From Alphaproteobacteria bacterium (GTDB lineage: Bacteria; Pseudomonadota; Alphaproteobacteria; UBA6615), in contig OZ244931.1 in the NCBI GenBank assembly GCA_965222215.1, positions 2,426,375 through 2,490,374 on the forward strand: a stretch of DNA of 64,000 nucleotides, read 5' to 3'. This document shows, one piece after another, positions 1 through 9,615 of the stretch; position 1 is the stretch's first letter, and the number at the start of each line of letters is the position of its first letter. The position numbers and the translations under genes were made by a program. The notes beneath the pieces are model-generated. The model had not been told where the DNA came from. It saw only the letters and a program-made list of their open reading frames with translations, and made no database searches.

Positions 1-10
1 GAATACCGAC

Positions 11-568
11 GTGTCGAGCCGCGTTGCGCGGTTCAAGGATCTGGTTCCCTACAAGCGCTCGATCATGGACGGCACCGGCATTCCCGCCGAGGCCGTCGAG
101 GTGGTCTCGGCGAAATCCGTCTACCCGCTAATGTCACCCGAGGGCTGGGAGGGCCGCTCGGCGGTCGCGCCGGTCAAAGGCGCCGACGGGCTGACCGTCA
201 CCATCGCCGAATGCCCGCCGGGCAACCATCCGGGCCTACACAGCCACTCCCACACGGTGGAAAACTTCTTCTGCCTGAACGGCAAGTTCCGCGTGTCCTG
301 GGGTGAGAACGGTGAGAACTCCGTCGAGCTGGAACCGCTGGACTTCGTGTCCGTGCCCGCGGGGGTCTACCGGGATTTCAACAACATCTCGGACGAAACC
401 GCGCGCCTGCTCGTGATGATCCAGAATGCGCCGGGCGACAACAAGGACGAGGTGGTGTTCCATCCCGAGGTCGGCCGGGAAATCATCGACAAGTTCGGCG
501 AGGATGTCCTGAACAAGCTGGACAAGGTCGGCTTCCGGTTCGCCGACCGGCTCCAGGCCGCCGAGTAG
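11..568 (+). CDS. cupin-domain protein (cupin-2 barrel, HxH...H metal motif); GTG start at window edge, could extend upstream
   Basis: 185-aa ORF with a 'HSHSHTVENFF' cupin motif 1 and a second His/Glu motif; coding-like composition. Confidence 0.6.
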   Translation: MSSRVARFKDLVPYKRSIMDGTGIPAEAVEVVSAKSVYPLMSPEGWEGRSAVAPVKGADGLTVTIAECPPGNHPGLHSHSHTVENFFCLNGKFRVSWGENGENSVELEPLDFVSVPAGVYRDFNNISDETARLLVMIQNAPGDNKDEVVFHPEVGREIIDKFGEDVLNKLDKVGFRFADRLQAAE

Positions 569-597
569 CGGGTTAGCTGCTACTCAATAGAAGAACT

Positions 598-687
598 GTC
601 ATTGCGAGGAGCAATGCGACGAAGCAATCCGGAGCCGGCACGTCCTCTCTGGATTTCTTCGCTGCGCTCGCAATGACGGTCCTTCCA
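598..687. repeat. REP/MITE-like imperfect palindromic repeat, copy 1 (gtcattgcgag...gcaatcc..ggatt..ctcgcaatgac)
   Basis: Nested inverted repeat with conserved outer arms 'gtcattgcgag'/'ctcgcaatgac' and inner 'gcaatcc'/'ggattgc' arms; sits between convergent genes; 6 copies in the window. Confidence 0.7.
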
Positions 688-800
688 CTGGGCACGTCGG
701 GCCAGGAAACCCATTCCCGGCCGCGCGCTAGGGTGCAGCAACCGAAATAGCTCTGTGCGTCGCCCACACCACGCGGAGGCGGCCCTGGACGGACCGAGGT

Positions 801-1523
801 CTACCCACCGACTTTCGGTTCGAGCAGGAGCTTGCCGTAGCCCGGGATCGGGTCCTCGATCCCGAGGCTGCGCAACGCGTACCAGTAGGTGCACTGGTTG
901 ACCGACAGGAAGGGCTTTCCGAACTTCTCTTCCATGTGCTCGATCATGTCACCGATCCCGATGGACGCGCCGATGTGCACGAGCACCTCCACATCTTCAT
1001 GGTCGAGCTTCTCGAACGCGGCCTCGACGTCCGCCAGGTCGATGTTGATGGAATTCACGGGATGGCCGACGCCGAGGCAACCGGCGTAGGGCACCTCAAA
1101 CCCGACCTCCTCGTAGTAGCCCTTCGCGCTGAGCATGGTCTGTTCGTAGAGCGGCAGCCACATGGCAATGCGTTTCGCGCCCAGCGTATGCAGCGCGGCA
1201 ACCACCGCGTCTGTCGCCAGCACGAACGGCACATCGCCCGCGCGTTTGGCAAACTCTGCCGCGTACCAGGCCTGCCGTTCGACCGACCAGTCGCGCATCT
1301 CGAGCGAGTTGCCGCCGATAATGAGATCCGGCCAGCATCCGTGCGTGCCCGGCACCGCATCCAGCACCGCGCCTTCCACATTGTCCTGGCTTTCCAGCAC
1401 GAAGCGGTAGATCTGGTGCGACACGCCCTCGACGCGCATGGCGTCATACTCGGGCTGCTGGGTGGAGTTCTGCTGCGGGACCAGGATCGCGATGACGCCG
1501 CGCGGGCCGAACCGGTCAGGCAT
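801..1523 (-). CDS. Asp/Glu/hydantoin racemase superfamily protein (maleate isomerase / arylmalonate decarboxylase-like), paralog A
   Basis: 240 aa; family-typical length and conserved Cys-containing segments; 8-nt overlap with upstream paralog B. Confidence 0.7.
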   Translation of the reverse strand: MPDRFGPRGVIAILVPQQNSTQQPEYDAMRVEGVSHQIYRFVLESQDNVEGAVLDAVPGTHGCWPDLIIGGNSLEMRDWSVERQAWYAAEFAKRAGDVPFVLATDAVVAALHTLGAKRIAMWLPLYEQTMLSAKGYYEEVGFEVPYAGCLGVGHPVNSINIDLADVEAAFEKLDHEDVEVLVHIGASIGIGDMIEHMEEKFGKPFLSVNQCTYWYALRSLGIEDPIPGYGKLLLEPKVGG

Positions 1524-2241
1524 CGGCCGCCTTCGGCTCCAGCAACAATTTGCCGAACCCGGGGATCGGATCCTCGACCCCCATCTTCCGCAGCGCGTAC
1601 CAGTAGGTCGCGGCGTTGACCGAGATCACCGGCTTGCCGAACCTGTCTTCCAGTTCCTGGATCAGCGGCACGATGCCGAGCGAGCCGCCGACATGCAGCA
1701 GCGTGTCGACGTCGGGCGCATCGACCTCCTCGAAGGCCTCGATCACCCGCTCCATCGGCACGTTCACCGCGTTGACCGGGTGATCGACCAGCAGCGCCGT
1801 GGCCTTGGCGATGTCGAACCCGTGGGCGGTGTAGTAGTCGACCGCGCTCTGCGAGTTCTCGGCCGACAGGGGCGACATCATGCCGACGCGCTTCGAGCCG
1901 AGGGTGCGCAACGCCGAGATGACGGCATCGGTTGCCAGCACGAACGGCTTGCCCTCGGCCAGGCTCGCGAACTCGCCCGTGTACCATTCCTGCTTTTCGA
2001 GCGACCAGTCGCGCATCTCCAGCGAATTGCCGCCGACGATCATGTCGGGCCAGCATTTGAGGGTGTGCGGCACCACCTCCAGCACCGCCTCGCCCACCGT
2101 GTCGGGGCTGGTGATGTTGAAGCGGTACATCTGGTTGCTGACGCCCTCCGGGCGCATCATCTCGTATTCCGGCTGCATGTTGGAATTCTGCACCGGGATC
2201 AGGACGGCAACGACGCCGCGGGGGCCAAAACGGTCGGGCAT
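1516..2241 (-). CDS. Asp/Glu/hydantoin racemase superfamily protein, paralog B (tandem duplicate of 801-1523)
   Basis: 241 aa; clearly alignable to paralog A (MPDRFGPRGV..., GGNSLEMRDWS, KPFLSVN/KPVISVN, YWYALR); same strand and overlapping. Confidence 0.7.
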   Translation of the reverse strand: MPDRFGPRGVVAVLIPVQNSNMQPEYEMMRPEGVSNQMYRFNITSPDTVGEAVLEVVPHTLKCWPDMIVGGNSLEMRDWSLEKQEWYTGEFASLAEGKPFVLATDAVISALRTLGSKRVGMMSPLSAENSQSAVDYYTAHGFDIAKATALLVDHPVNAVNVPMERVIEAFEEVDAPDVDTLLHVGGSLGIVPLIQELEDRFGKPVISVNAATYWYALRKMGVEDPIPGFGKLLLEPKAADA

Positions 2242-2346
2242 GAAAACCTTCCTGATGGGTTCAGTCAGGCCCGCACCCTAGCGCAGCAGAGGGTCTTCTA
2301 TAACCGCGTGCCGGTCACGACGCCTGTGCCCGGAGCGAACCTGCGC

Positions 2347-2730
2347 TCAGACCGGCCGGCCACCGGTGTGCGACGACGTGATCTTGATCGACCAGCCGTC
2401 GGGGCCGGGCACGTAGAAGGAACTGTGCACTGAACCGGAGGTGATCTTCGACGGTTTGAGTTTCTTTTTCCTGCAGAAATCGCGCATGGCCTTCACATCG
2501 TCGACCATCAGGTCGACGGGCGCGACCTCGCCTTCTTTGATCTTTTTCCGCGACTTGTTGAGGATCAGGTGCGTGCCGCCGCGCAGCTCGAGCACGGCGA
2601 ACGTGTCCCTCTCGAACACCGAACGCAGCCCCAGCACCTGCATGAACTCGCTGGCCTTCGGAACGTTCTTTACGGGCAGGGACACATGGCCCACGGCCAC
2701 GGGAGGTCGCTTGTCTGATTTCTTCGCCAT
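2347..2730 (-). CDS. VOC/glyoxalase-family protein
   Basis: 127 aa; glyoxalase/bleomycin-resistance fold-like sequence; upstream and co-directional with the racemase pair. Confidence 0.55.
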   Translation of the reverse strand: MAKKSDKRPPVAVGHVSLPVKNVPKASEFMQVLGLRSVFERDTFAVLELRGGTHLILNKSRKKIKEGEVAPVDLMVDDVKAMRDFCRKKKLKPSKITSGSVHSSFYVPGPDGWSIKITSSHTGGRPV

Positions 2731-2866
2731 CGCTTGTCTCGTCCGTCCGGTCGGTTTGGTCGCGGCCTTGATCGGCAGCTAGGCCACAATAGGCTTCAAA
2801 ACGCCGAAGTAGTATGACACTTCCGGAAAATCCAGGAACGCAATTCCGCGGGGATCAGGATCGAGC

Positions 2867-3841
2867 ATGGAAAAGAACGGCAAGATATTCATCGCGGGCC
2901 ATCGCGGCCTCGTCGGCCAGGCAATGATCCGGCAGTTGAATGCCCAGGGCTACGAGAACATCGTGACCCGCACACGCGCCGAGCTGGACCTCACCGAGCA
3001 GGCCGCCGTGCGCGACTTCTTCGCGGCGGAAAAACCCGACTATGTGTTCGATGCCGCGGCGGTGGTCGGCGGCATCCAGGCCAACGACCGGTATCCGGCG
3101 GATTTCATCGCCGGGAACCTGATGATCCAGACCAACCTGATCGATACCGCCTACCGGTCCGGCGCGAAGAAGCTTCTGTTCCTCGGCTCCACCTGCATCA
3201 TGCCGCGCGAAGCGCCCCAGCCGATGAAGGAGGAGTACATGCTCACCGGACCGCTGGAGGAAACCAACCAGTGGTACGCCATCGCCAAGATCGCCGGCAT
3301 CAAGATGTGCCAGGCCTACCGCCGCCAGTACGGTTTCGACGCCATCAGCGTGCAGCCGACGAACCTGTTCGGCATCGGCGACAATTTCGACTACGAGACC
3401 TCTCACATGGTCGCGGCGCTGATCCGCAAGATGCACGACGCCAAGGTGTCGGGCGCGGGCGAGGTCGAGATCTGGGGCACGGGCACGCCCCGGCGCGAGA
3501 TCATGTTCGCCGACGACATGGCCAACGCCTGCGTCTTCCTGATGCAGAACTATTCGGGCGAGAATTTTGTCAACATCGGCGTGGGCGAGGACATCACGAT
3601 CGCGGATTTCGCCACGCTCGTCGCCGACGTGGTCGGGTTCGAGGGCGCGTTTGCCTACAACACCGACAAGCCGGACGGCACGCCGCGCAAGCTGGTGGAC
3701 GTCGCCCGGCTGACCGAGCTCGGCTGGACCTCGCAGATCAGCCTGCGCGAGGGCGTCGAGCGCACCTACGCCTGGTTCCTGGAAAATGTCGACAACCTGC
3801 GCACGCTGGACGCCGACAACTTCGCGCGGAAGACGGGCTGA
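2867..3841 (+). CDS. fcl: GDP-L-fucose synthase (GDP-4-keto-6-deoxy-D-mannose 3,5-epimerase/4-reductase)
   Basis: 324 aa; N-terminal 'KIFIAGHRGLVGQA' Rossmann motif; full-length similarity to the Fcl/WcaG family (YxxxK catalytic region). Confidence 0.9.
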   Translation: MEKNGKIFIAGHRGLVGQAMIRQLNAQGYENIVTRTRAELDLTEQAAVRDFFAAEKPDYVFDAAAVVGGIQANDRYPADFIAGNLMIQTNLIDTAYRSGAKKLLFLGSTCIMPREAPQPMKEEYMLTGPLEETNQWYAIAKIAGIKMCQAYRRQYGFDAISVQPTNLFGIGDNFDYETSHMVAALIRKMHDAKVSGAGEVEIWGTGTPRREIMFADDMANACVFLMQNYSGENFVNIGVGEDITIADFATLVADVVGFEGAFAYNTDKPDGTPRKLVDVARLTELGWTSQISLREGVERTYAWFLENVDNLRTLDADNFARKTG

Positions 3842-3853
3842 CACAGCATATCC

Positions 3854-3942
3854 GTCATTGCGAGGAGCGGAGCGACGCGGCAATCCAGGGCCGGGACAGG
3901 TCCGCTCTGGATGGCTTCACCCTGCGGGCTCGCGATGACGGC
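3854..3942. repeat. REP/MITE-like palindromic repeat, copy 2
   Basis: 'gtcattgcgaggagcggagcgacgcggcaatccagg...ctggatggcttc...ctcgcgatgacgg'; same architecture as copy 1. Confidence 0.7.
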
Positions 3943-3962
3943 AGGGCCCCGCCACGGACTAA

Positions 3963-4727
3963 CTACGACGCCGCGCCGCCCACACCTTCCGGGCAATAGG
4001 CGGCGCCGAGCACCGGACCGACCGCACCGTCCTGCACCAGGATCGCGCAGTCTTGGCCGTCTTCGAGCTCGATATCCGGCACGGCGATTTTCGCCGCCGC
4101 ACCGTCCCACGATCCAACCTTGCGGACCTCGCGAACGATGTTGTGGTTGGTCAGCGTCTTGCCGTGGTTCTCGCCGCGAACCACTTTCGTCGTGTGTTCG
4201 CGCACGAAGATGACCAGCCAGACCTCCGCGCCCGTGCCCGCGGTCTCCGGCAGCGACACGTCTATTCCGCCGTCGTTGCGCTTGGCCGCTTCGATCGACA
4301 CGCGCGGCTGGCCGTCGTTTCGGGCTTTGCGGATCAGGTTACTGACTTCCCGTCGGCGCGACCCGACCGCTTCCGAGCGACCGTCGACAACCATCTGCGG
4401 TGTGTAGACGCCACGTGTGTTGCGTAGTTCCGCGTTGTAGTCGCGCTGGCGCGCCGTCATCTCGGGCTTCGACCAGACATCCTTCCAGCGGCCGTGCCGA
4501 CCGTAGTTCAGGGTGTCCCAGTAATCGACGTGATACTCTAGCGCGACGATGTTCTCGTCCTCGGCGAGCTCACCCAGATAGGCCTCGGCGGGCGGGCAGG
4601 AATAGCAACTCTGCGAAGTGAACAACTCGATCACCGTGACCGGTTCGCCATCGGCCATTGATTGGTACGGAACACCGAACATCCCGGCGATGGCCAGTCC
4701 GGCTAGAGCGACTCGAAGGGGTGTCAT
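3963..4727 (-). CDS. DUF1223 family secreted thioredoxin-like protein (start chosen at 'MTPLRVALAG...' signal peptide)
   Basis: 'SCYSCPP' motif and length typical of DUF1223; N-terminal hydrophobic signal. Confidence 0.7.
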   Translation of the reverse strand: MTPLRVALAGLAIAGMFGVPYQSMADGEPVTVIELFTSQSCYSCPPAEAYLGELAEDENIVALEYHVDYWDTLNYGRHGRWKDVWSKPEMTARQRDYNAELRNTRGVYTPQMVVDGRSEAVGSRRREVSNLIRKARNDGQPRVSIEAAKRNDGGIDVSLPETAGTGAEVWLVIFVREHTTKVVRGENHGKTLTNHNIVREVRKVGSWDGAAAKIAVPDIELEDGQDCAILVQDGAVGPVLGAAYCPEGVGGAAS

Positions 4728-4956
4728 GTGGGTCTCCCGTGGCGCGTCAAACGCAATCACACGTGCACATTAACAGCGCTCCCGCCGCTTTATTCCCGAT
4801 TTCACGAAGCCTTGGGTCATTTTTCCGTTTTCGTTCACGTTCGCGTGACCAAATCCGTTTTTCGATGGAAATCCAGTGGGTTGGTGCGCTTCAGTGGAAG
4901 GGCATGCGGCGCGATGTCGCGTTTGGCCCGCAATGACGGGCATGAGGGAGATCAAA

Positions 4957-5436
4957 ATGAATTCGGTTCGCAAGACTTGGAAAATCGGCCTGCTCGCGGG
5001 TAGCGCGCTGGCTGTCGCAGTGGCTTTCGGCACGGTTGGGAGCGACATCGCGACCGCCGACGGCCATGCCTACAAAGAACGTAACGCGGCGATGAAGTCC
5101 CTGGGCGGCGCGATGAAGCGTCTGGGTGGCGCTGTGGGCGCCGGGAACAACGCCGATGCCGCCGCTGCGGCCCGTACGATTGCCGGCGTCGGGGACAGAG
5201 TGGCCGAACTGTTCGAAGCCAAATCGATCCCGGACGAATCTCGCGCCAAACCCGAGATTTGGGACAATTTCGACGACTTCAAGGCTAAAGCCGCTGCCAT
5301 GTCTGCGGCGGCAAACAAGGTCGCGGCGGATGCCGAAGGCGGCAACCTCGCCAGCGATCCGAAAGCGGTCGTCGGTTCGATCGGTGCGACCTGCGGTGCC
5401 TGTCACAAGGTCTATCGCGGTCCCAAGAAGAGCTAG
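4957..5436 (+). CDS. class II c-type cytochrome (cytochrome c' / c-556 type) with signal peptide
   Basis: Single C-terminal haem motif 'CGACHK' ~25 aa from the C-terminus, four-helix-bundle-type sequence; SD 'gagggag' 7 nt upstream of ATG. Confidence 0.75.
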   Translation: MNSVRKTWKIGLLAGSALAVAVAFGTVGSDIATADGHAYKERNAAMKSLGGAMKRLGGAVGAGNNADAAAAARTIAGVGDRVAELFEAKSIPDESRAKPEIWDNFDDFKAKAAAMSAAANKVAADAEGGNLASDPKAVVGSIGATCGACHKVYRGPKKS

Positions 5437-5462
5437 TTCCGCTTGAGTGAAAACGCGAAAAT

Positions 5463-5490
5463 CGCCCGGCTCCGCCGGGCGATTTTTTTG
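5463..5490 (+). terminator. rho-independent terminator after cytochrome c' gene
   Basis: GC stem 'cgcccggc'/'gccgggcg' followed by a T7 tract. Confidence 0.7.
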
Positions 5491-5503
5491 TTAGGATGGC
5501 CGC

Positions 5504-6373
5504 ATGAAAAAGCTCATTTTTTCCTTGGCCGTTTTCACGCTCGGCATGGTCTCCCATGGCGCAGCAGCCCAGCCGCGAGACGCCGAAAGAGGCGAGTATG
5601 TGTTCGCCAGCGCCGGCTGCGCGAGCTGTCACACGGTGCCCGAAGGAGGCGCTTTTCTGGCGGGCGGGCGCGAGCTCAAAACGGATTTCGGCTCGTTCTT
5701 CACGCCCAACATCACACCCGATCCTGAAACGGGCATCGGCGGCTGGAGCGACGAGGACTTCCTGCGCGCCATGCGCGAAGGCCTGTCGCCGGAGGGCGAT
5801 CACTACTACCCGACATTTCCCTATACGTCCTACACCCGGATGACCGACGAGGACGTACTCGACCTCAAGGCCTACCTCGACACGGTGCCCGCTGTGAAGA
5901 ACGAGGTGCCCGAACACGACCTGCCCTTCCCGTTCAACATCCGGATGAGCATGTTCGGCTGGAAACTCCTCTTCTTCGATGACGAGAGGTTCGTGCCGGA
6001 TCCCACGAAATCCGACGCCTGGAATCGCGGCGCGTATCTGGTCAACGGCCCCGGTCACTGCGGCGAGTGCCACTCCCCCCGCAACATCCTTGGCGTCGTA
6101 GACAGCAGCGAAGCCCTGTCCGGCAACAGAAACGGCCCGGAGGGCGATTCCGTGCCGAATATCACGCCCGGGCCGGGCGGCATCGGCGACTGGAGCGAGG
6201 ACGAGATCATCTCTGCTCTGGAAATCGGTTTGCTGCCGGACGGCGATTTCATGGGGGGCGCCATGGCGGACGTGATTGAGGACAACACCGGCAAGCTGAA
6301 CGCCGAAGACCTGCAGGCCATCGCGACCTATTTGCTTTCGCTGCCGCCACTCGATAGCAACGACGGTTCGTAA
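5504..6373 (+). CDS. di-haem c-type cytochrome (class I), periplasmic
   Basis: Two CxxCH motifs ('CASCH', 'CGECH'), N-terminal signal peptide. Confidence 0.8.
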   Translation: MKKLIFSLAVFTLGMVSHGAAAQPRDAERGEYVFASAGCASCHTVPEGGAFLAGGRELKTDFGSFFTPNITPDPETGIGGWSDEDFLRAMREGLSPEGDHYYPTFPYTSYTRMTDEDVLDLKAYLDTVPAVKNEVPEHDLPFPFNIRMSMFGWKLLFFDDERFVPDPTKSDAWNRGAYLVNGPGHCGECHSPRNILGVVDSSEALSGNRNGPEGDSVPNITPGPGGIGDWSEDEIISALEIGLLPDGDFMGGAMADVIEDNTGKLNAEDLQAIATYLLSLPPLDSNDGS

Positions 6374-6399
6374 GACAAAACCTCAAAGAGAGTGTTCCC

Positions 6400-6708
6400 A
6401 TGCCCGCCTACTGGCTTGCCCGCGCAAAGATCAACGACCCCGAGGCCTACAAGCGCTACACCGACCAGGTACCCGATATCCTGCAGAAATATGGGGGCCG
6501 GGCGCTCGGGCGCGGCGGCGAATACAAGGTGCTCGAGGGCGAGACCATCTACGAGCGCTTCATCGTGGTCGAATTCGACTCGATGGAGGCGGCTGAGACA
6601 TGCTTCAACTCGCCCGAATACGTCGAAGCCGCAGCACACCGGCGCAAAGCCGGCGTGGCCACCAACGAGCTGGTGATCCTCGACGGCGGCGACGCAACCC
6701 CGCGCTAG
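6400..6708 (+). CDS. DUF1330 family protein
   Basis: 102 aa; ~100-aa dimeric alpha+beta barrel-like conserved protein pattern. Confidence 0.65.
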   Translation: MPAYWLARAKINDPEAYKRYTDQVPDILQKYGGRALGRGGEYKVLEGETIYERFIVVEFDSMEAAETCFNSPEYVEAAAHRRKAGVATNELVILDGGDATPR

Positions 6709-6716
6709 TCCCACCA

Positions 6717-6812
6717 TCGTCATGGCGAGCCCGTTGGTCGAAGAAATCCGGAGCGGGCCTGCCCCAGCCTTGGATTGCGTCGTCGCGCCGCTCCTCGCAA
6801 TGACGAAGGGGC
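6717..6812. repeat. REP/MITE-like palindromic repeat, copy 3 (variant left arm 'tcatggcgag')
   Basis: ends '...ccttggattgcgtcgtcgcgccgctcctcgcaatgacga'; same family. Confidence 0.65.
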
Positions 6813-6831
6813 TTTGAGAGTGACAGCTCGC

Positions 6832-7926
6832 CTACACCCGCTCCGGAAACAGCGCCGCGAGCCCTTCCCGGCTGGCATCGCAAACGCCCCGTTCCGTAAT
6901 CAGCCCCGTGACGAGCCGCGCGGGCGTCACGTCGAAGGCATAGTTCCCGGCCGGAGAGCCGTCGGGCGTGAGCTGCACCGAGACGACATCGCCGTCGGCC
7001 GTCTTGCCGGCGATATGCGTCACCTCTTCAGCGTCGCGCTGTTCGATCGGGATATCGCGCACCCCGTCCGCAATAGTCCAGTCAATGGTCGGTGACGGCA
7101 GCCCGACATAGAACGGGATGTCGTTGTCGCGCGCGGCCAGCGCCTTCAGGTAGGTCCCGATCTTGTTGGCCACATCGCCGGACGCCGCGGTGCGGTCCGT
7201 TCCTGTGATGCAAAGGTCGACCATGCCGTGCTGCATCAGGTGGCCGCCGGCATTGTCCGCGATCACCGCGTGGGATACGCCGTGCTGGCCCAGCTCCCAG
7301 GCGGTCAGCGACGCACCCTGGTTGCGCGGGCGGGTTTCGTCCGCCCACACGTGAACCGGAATCCCCATATCGTGCGCCTTGTAGATAGGCGCGAGCGCGG
7401 TACCCCAGTCGACCGTCGCCAGCCAGCCGGCGTTGCAATGGGTGAGGATATTGACCGGTCCCTCGCCCGCACGCGCCTCGTGGGCGGCCTGGATCAGCGT
7501 CGCGCCATGGTCGCCGATCGCACTGCAGATCGCGACATCCTCGTCGCAGATTTCGGCGGCGCGCGCATAGGCGATCCCGGCGCGCGTGTCATGCGGCTGG
7601 TTGCGCAGGCGGTCGCGCATGTCGTCCAGCGCCCAGCGCAGGTTCACGGCCGTCGGGCGGGTCGCCATCAGCGTGTCGTAGGCGGTGTCCAGGCCGGCGT
7701 CGGACGCGTCGGCCCGCATCGCCAGCGCCATGCCGTAGGCCGCCGTGGCGCCGATCAGGGGCGCACCGCGCACAAGCATGTCGCGGATCGCCCGCGCGGC
7801 ATCGTCCAGCGTACGCAATTCCACGACCTCGAAACTGTGCGGCAGCCGGGTCTGGTCGATAATTTCGACCGTCCAGCCATCGTTCGCCAGCCAGATTGTG
7901 CGGTAGGGCGTCCCGTCGACGTTCAT
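6832..7926 (-). CDS. mtnA: S-methyl-5-thioribose-1-phosphate isomerase (eIF-2B-related family)
   Basis: 364 aa; strong family signature ([16 protein letters not shown]..., [12 protein letters not shown]..., CNAG.LAT..WGTAL). Confidence 0.85.
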   Translation of the reverse strand: MNVDGTPYRTIWLANDGWTVEIIDQTRLPHSFEVVELRTLDDAARAIRDMLVRGAPLIGATAAYGMALAMRADASDAGLDTAYDTLMATRPTAVNLRWALDDMRDRLRNQPHDTRAGIAYARAAEICDEDVAICSAIGDHGATLIQAAHEARAGEGPVNILTHCNAGWLATVDWGTALAPIYKAHDMGIPVHVWADETRPRNQGASLTAWELGQHGVSHAVIADNAGGHLMQHGMVDLCITGTDRTAASGDVANKIGTYLKALAARDNDIPFYVGLPSPTIDWTIADGVRDIPIEQRDAEEVTHIAGKTADGDVVSVQLTPDGSPAGNYAFDVTPARLVTGLITERGVCDASREGLAALFPERV

Positions 7927-8177
7927 GATGCCCCTGCCTTCGCAATCACGAAGGTCAGCACACCGTCGGCCTCGTCTGCCGAGATGAGGGTGTCCCCGGT
8001 CGCCTCACAGAAATGCACGAAGTCCTGCGCCGCGCCGGGGTCGGTCGCCAGCACCTTCAGTGTCTGACCGGCGTCCATCGGTTTCAACGCCTTCTTGGCC
8101 TTCAAGACCGGCAGCGGGCACTTGAGCCCCGTGGCATCGAGCGTCTCGTCGGGCTGGATATCGGACACGTTATTCAC
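7923..8177 (-). CDS. TusA-like sulfurtransferase (SirA/YedF/YeeD family); GTG start; stop overlaps mtnA start (ATGA)
   Basis: 84 aa with the '[19 protein letters not shown]' CPxP active-site motif. Confidence 0.8.
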   Translation of the reverse strand: MNNVSDIQPDETLDATGLKCPLPVLKAKKALKPMDAGQTLKVLATDPGAAQDFVHFCEATGDTLISADEADGVLTFVIAKAGAS

Positions 8178-8281
8178 CGCAATGTTGGTCGGCCGCCAGG
8201 TTGGCCATTCGGTTTCGACACGAATACACTAACCGGCATATATCCGTCAGCATTCGCGATTGCCGGGGAACGGGGAAGATC

Positions 8282-8635
8282 ATGGAAACAATCGACCAGA
8301 ACGGAGTGGACGTCATCATGCTGACCCCGCGGGAGGTGAAGGCGCGCATCGATGCCGGCACGGCCCATGTCGTCGATGTGCGCGAGCCCCATGAACATGA
8401 GGAAGTACGGATCGCCGGGTCTGCACTCGCGCCGCTATCCACCTTCGACCCGTCCCAGATCGACCTGCCCGAAGGCAAGGAATTGATCCTGCATTGTCGC
8501 AGTGCGCGAAGGTGCGGGCTGGTCGCGGAACAGCTGATCGCGGTCGGATACGAACCGCAGATTCACAGGATGGCGGGCGGCATGATCGCCTGGAACGAGG
8601 AAAAACTGCCGGTGGAGACAGGCCCAAAGGAATAG
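8282..8635 (+). CDS. single-domain rhodanese (thiosulfate sulfurtransferase-like)
   Basis: Active-site loop 'HCRSARRC'; ~118 aa. ORF-track start at 8201 rejected in favour of 'METIDQNG'. Confidence 0.75.
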   Translation: METIDQNGVDVIMLTPREVKARIDAGTAHVVDVREPHEHEEVRIAGSALAPLSTFDPSQIDLPEGKELILHCRSARRCGLVAEQLIAVGYEPQIHRMAGGMIAWNEEKLPVETGPKE

Positions 8636-8688
8636 GCGTATAAACTCCACTCCAACTTTGTATTTTCCCGCCGCCGACCCGGAGAGAG

Positions 8689-9615
8689 ATGAGCATTTAC
8701 CTCCCCATCGCCGAGATGTCGGTCGACGTCTTCCTGATCCTTCTGATGGGTGGCGGCGTTGGGTTTCTCTCGGGTCTGTTCGGGGTGGGCGGCGGCTTCC
8801 TGATGACCCCGCTCCTGATCTTCATCGGGATCACACCCGCGGTCGCGGTCGCCACCGAAGCCAATCAGATCGTCGCAGCCTCCGTCTCCGGTGTGCTGGC
8901 CCACATGCGCCGGCGCAACGTCGACTTCAAGATGGGCGCCGTCCTGACCGTCGGCGGCTTCGCGGGATCGAGCGTCGGTGTCGTCATCTTCACCGTCCTG
9001 CGCGATATCGGTCAGGTCGATCTACTGGTGCAGGTCAGCTACGTGATCTTCCTCGGCATCGTCGGCACGCTGATGCTGGTCGAGAGCGTGCGCGCTATTT
9101 TCCGTAACCGGTCCGGCACGGCGACGCGCGGAAAGCTGCATCAGCACACCTGGCTGCACGGGCTGCCGTTCAAAATGCGCTTCCGCCGTTCACGGCTCTA
9201 CATCAGCGCGCTCCTGCCGCTCGGGATCGGATTTTTCGTCGGCATCCTGGCCGCCATCATGGGCGTAGGCGGCGGGTTCCTGATGGTGCCGGCGATGATT
9301 TACCTGCTGGGCATGCCGACATCGGTCGTGGTGGGCACATCGCTGTTCCAGATCATCTTCGTTACCGCCAACGTGACTTTCCTGCAGGCGGTCAACAACC
9401 AGACCGTCGATGTGGTCCTCGCACTCCTGCTGCTGACGGGCGCGGTTATCGGGGCGCAACTCGGCACCAAGGCCAGCGGCAAGCTGCGCGGCGAGGAACT
9501 GCGCGGCCTGCTGGCACTGATGGTGCTCGGCGTGTGCGCGAAAATCGGCGTCGACCTGATCGCCACGCCGGAAGACCTCTACTCGATCGATGAGATCGAA
9601 GGGTTCGGGCTATGA
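8689..9615 (+). CDS. TauE/SafE (DUF81) family sulfite/anion exporter-type membrane protein
   Basis: 308 aa; duplicated 4-TM halves each with 'GxGGGxxxxP' motif (GVGGGFLMTPLL / GVGGGFLMVPAM); SD 'ggagagag'. Confidence 0.85.
   Translation: MSIYLPIAEMSVDVFLILLMGGGVGFLSGLFGVGGGFLMTPLLIFIGITPAVAVATEANQIVAASVSGVLAHMRRRNVDFKMGAVLTVGGFAGSSVGVVIFTVLRDIGQVDLLVQVSYVIFLGIVGTLMLVESVRAIFRNRSGTATRGKLHQHTWLHGLPFKMRFRRSRLYISALLPLGIGFFVGILAAIMGVGGGFLMVPAMIYLLGMPTSVVVGTSLFQIIFVTANVTFLQAVNNQTVDVVLALLLLTGAVIGAQLGTKASGKLRGEELRGLLALMVLGVCAKIGVDLIATPEDLYSIDEIEGFGL

Noticed and set aside
1055-2056. 333-aa antisense ORF overlapping the racemase-family genes, plus many similar long antisense ORFs throughout (e.g. 11288-13759, 25620-29393, 45054-47021, 58209-59708, 60037-61470, 61808-63562)
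   Set aside because: Arg/Ala/Gly/Pro-rich low-complexity translations with no family signatures, lying opposite well-supported genes. These are typical stop-codon-poor shadow ORFs of high-GC DNA.
8201-8281. Upstream start for the rhodanese gene (144-aa version)
   Set aside because: The extra 27 residues have no homology support. The single-domain rhodanese starts naturally at 'METIDQNG', and the region is the divergent promoter shared with tusA.
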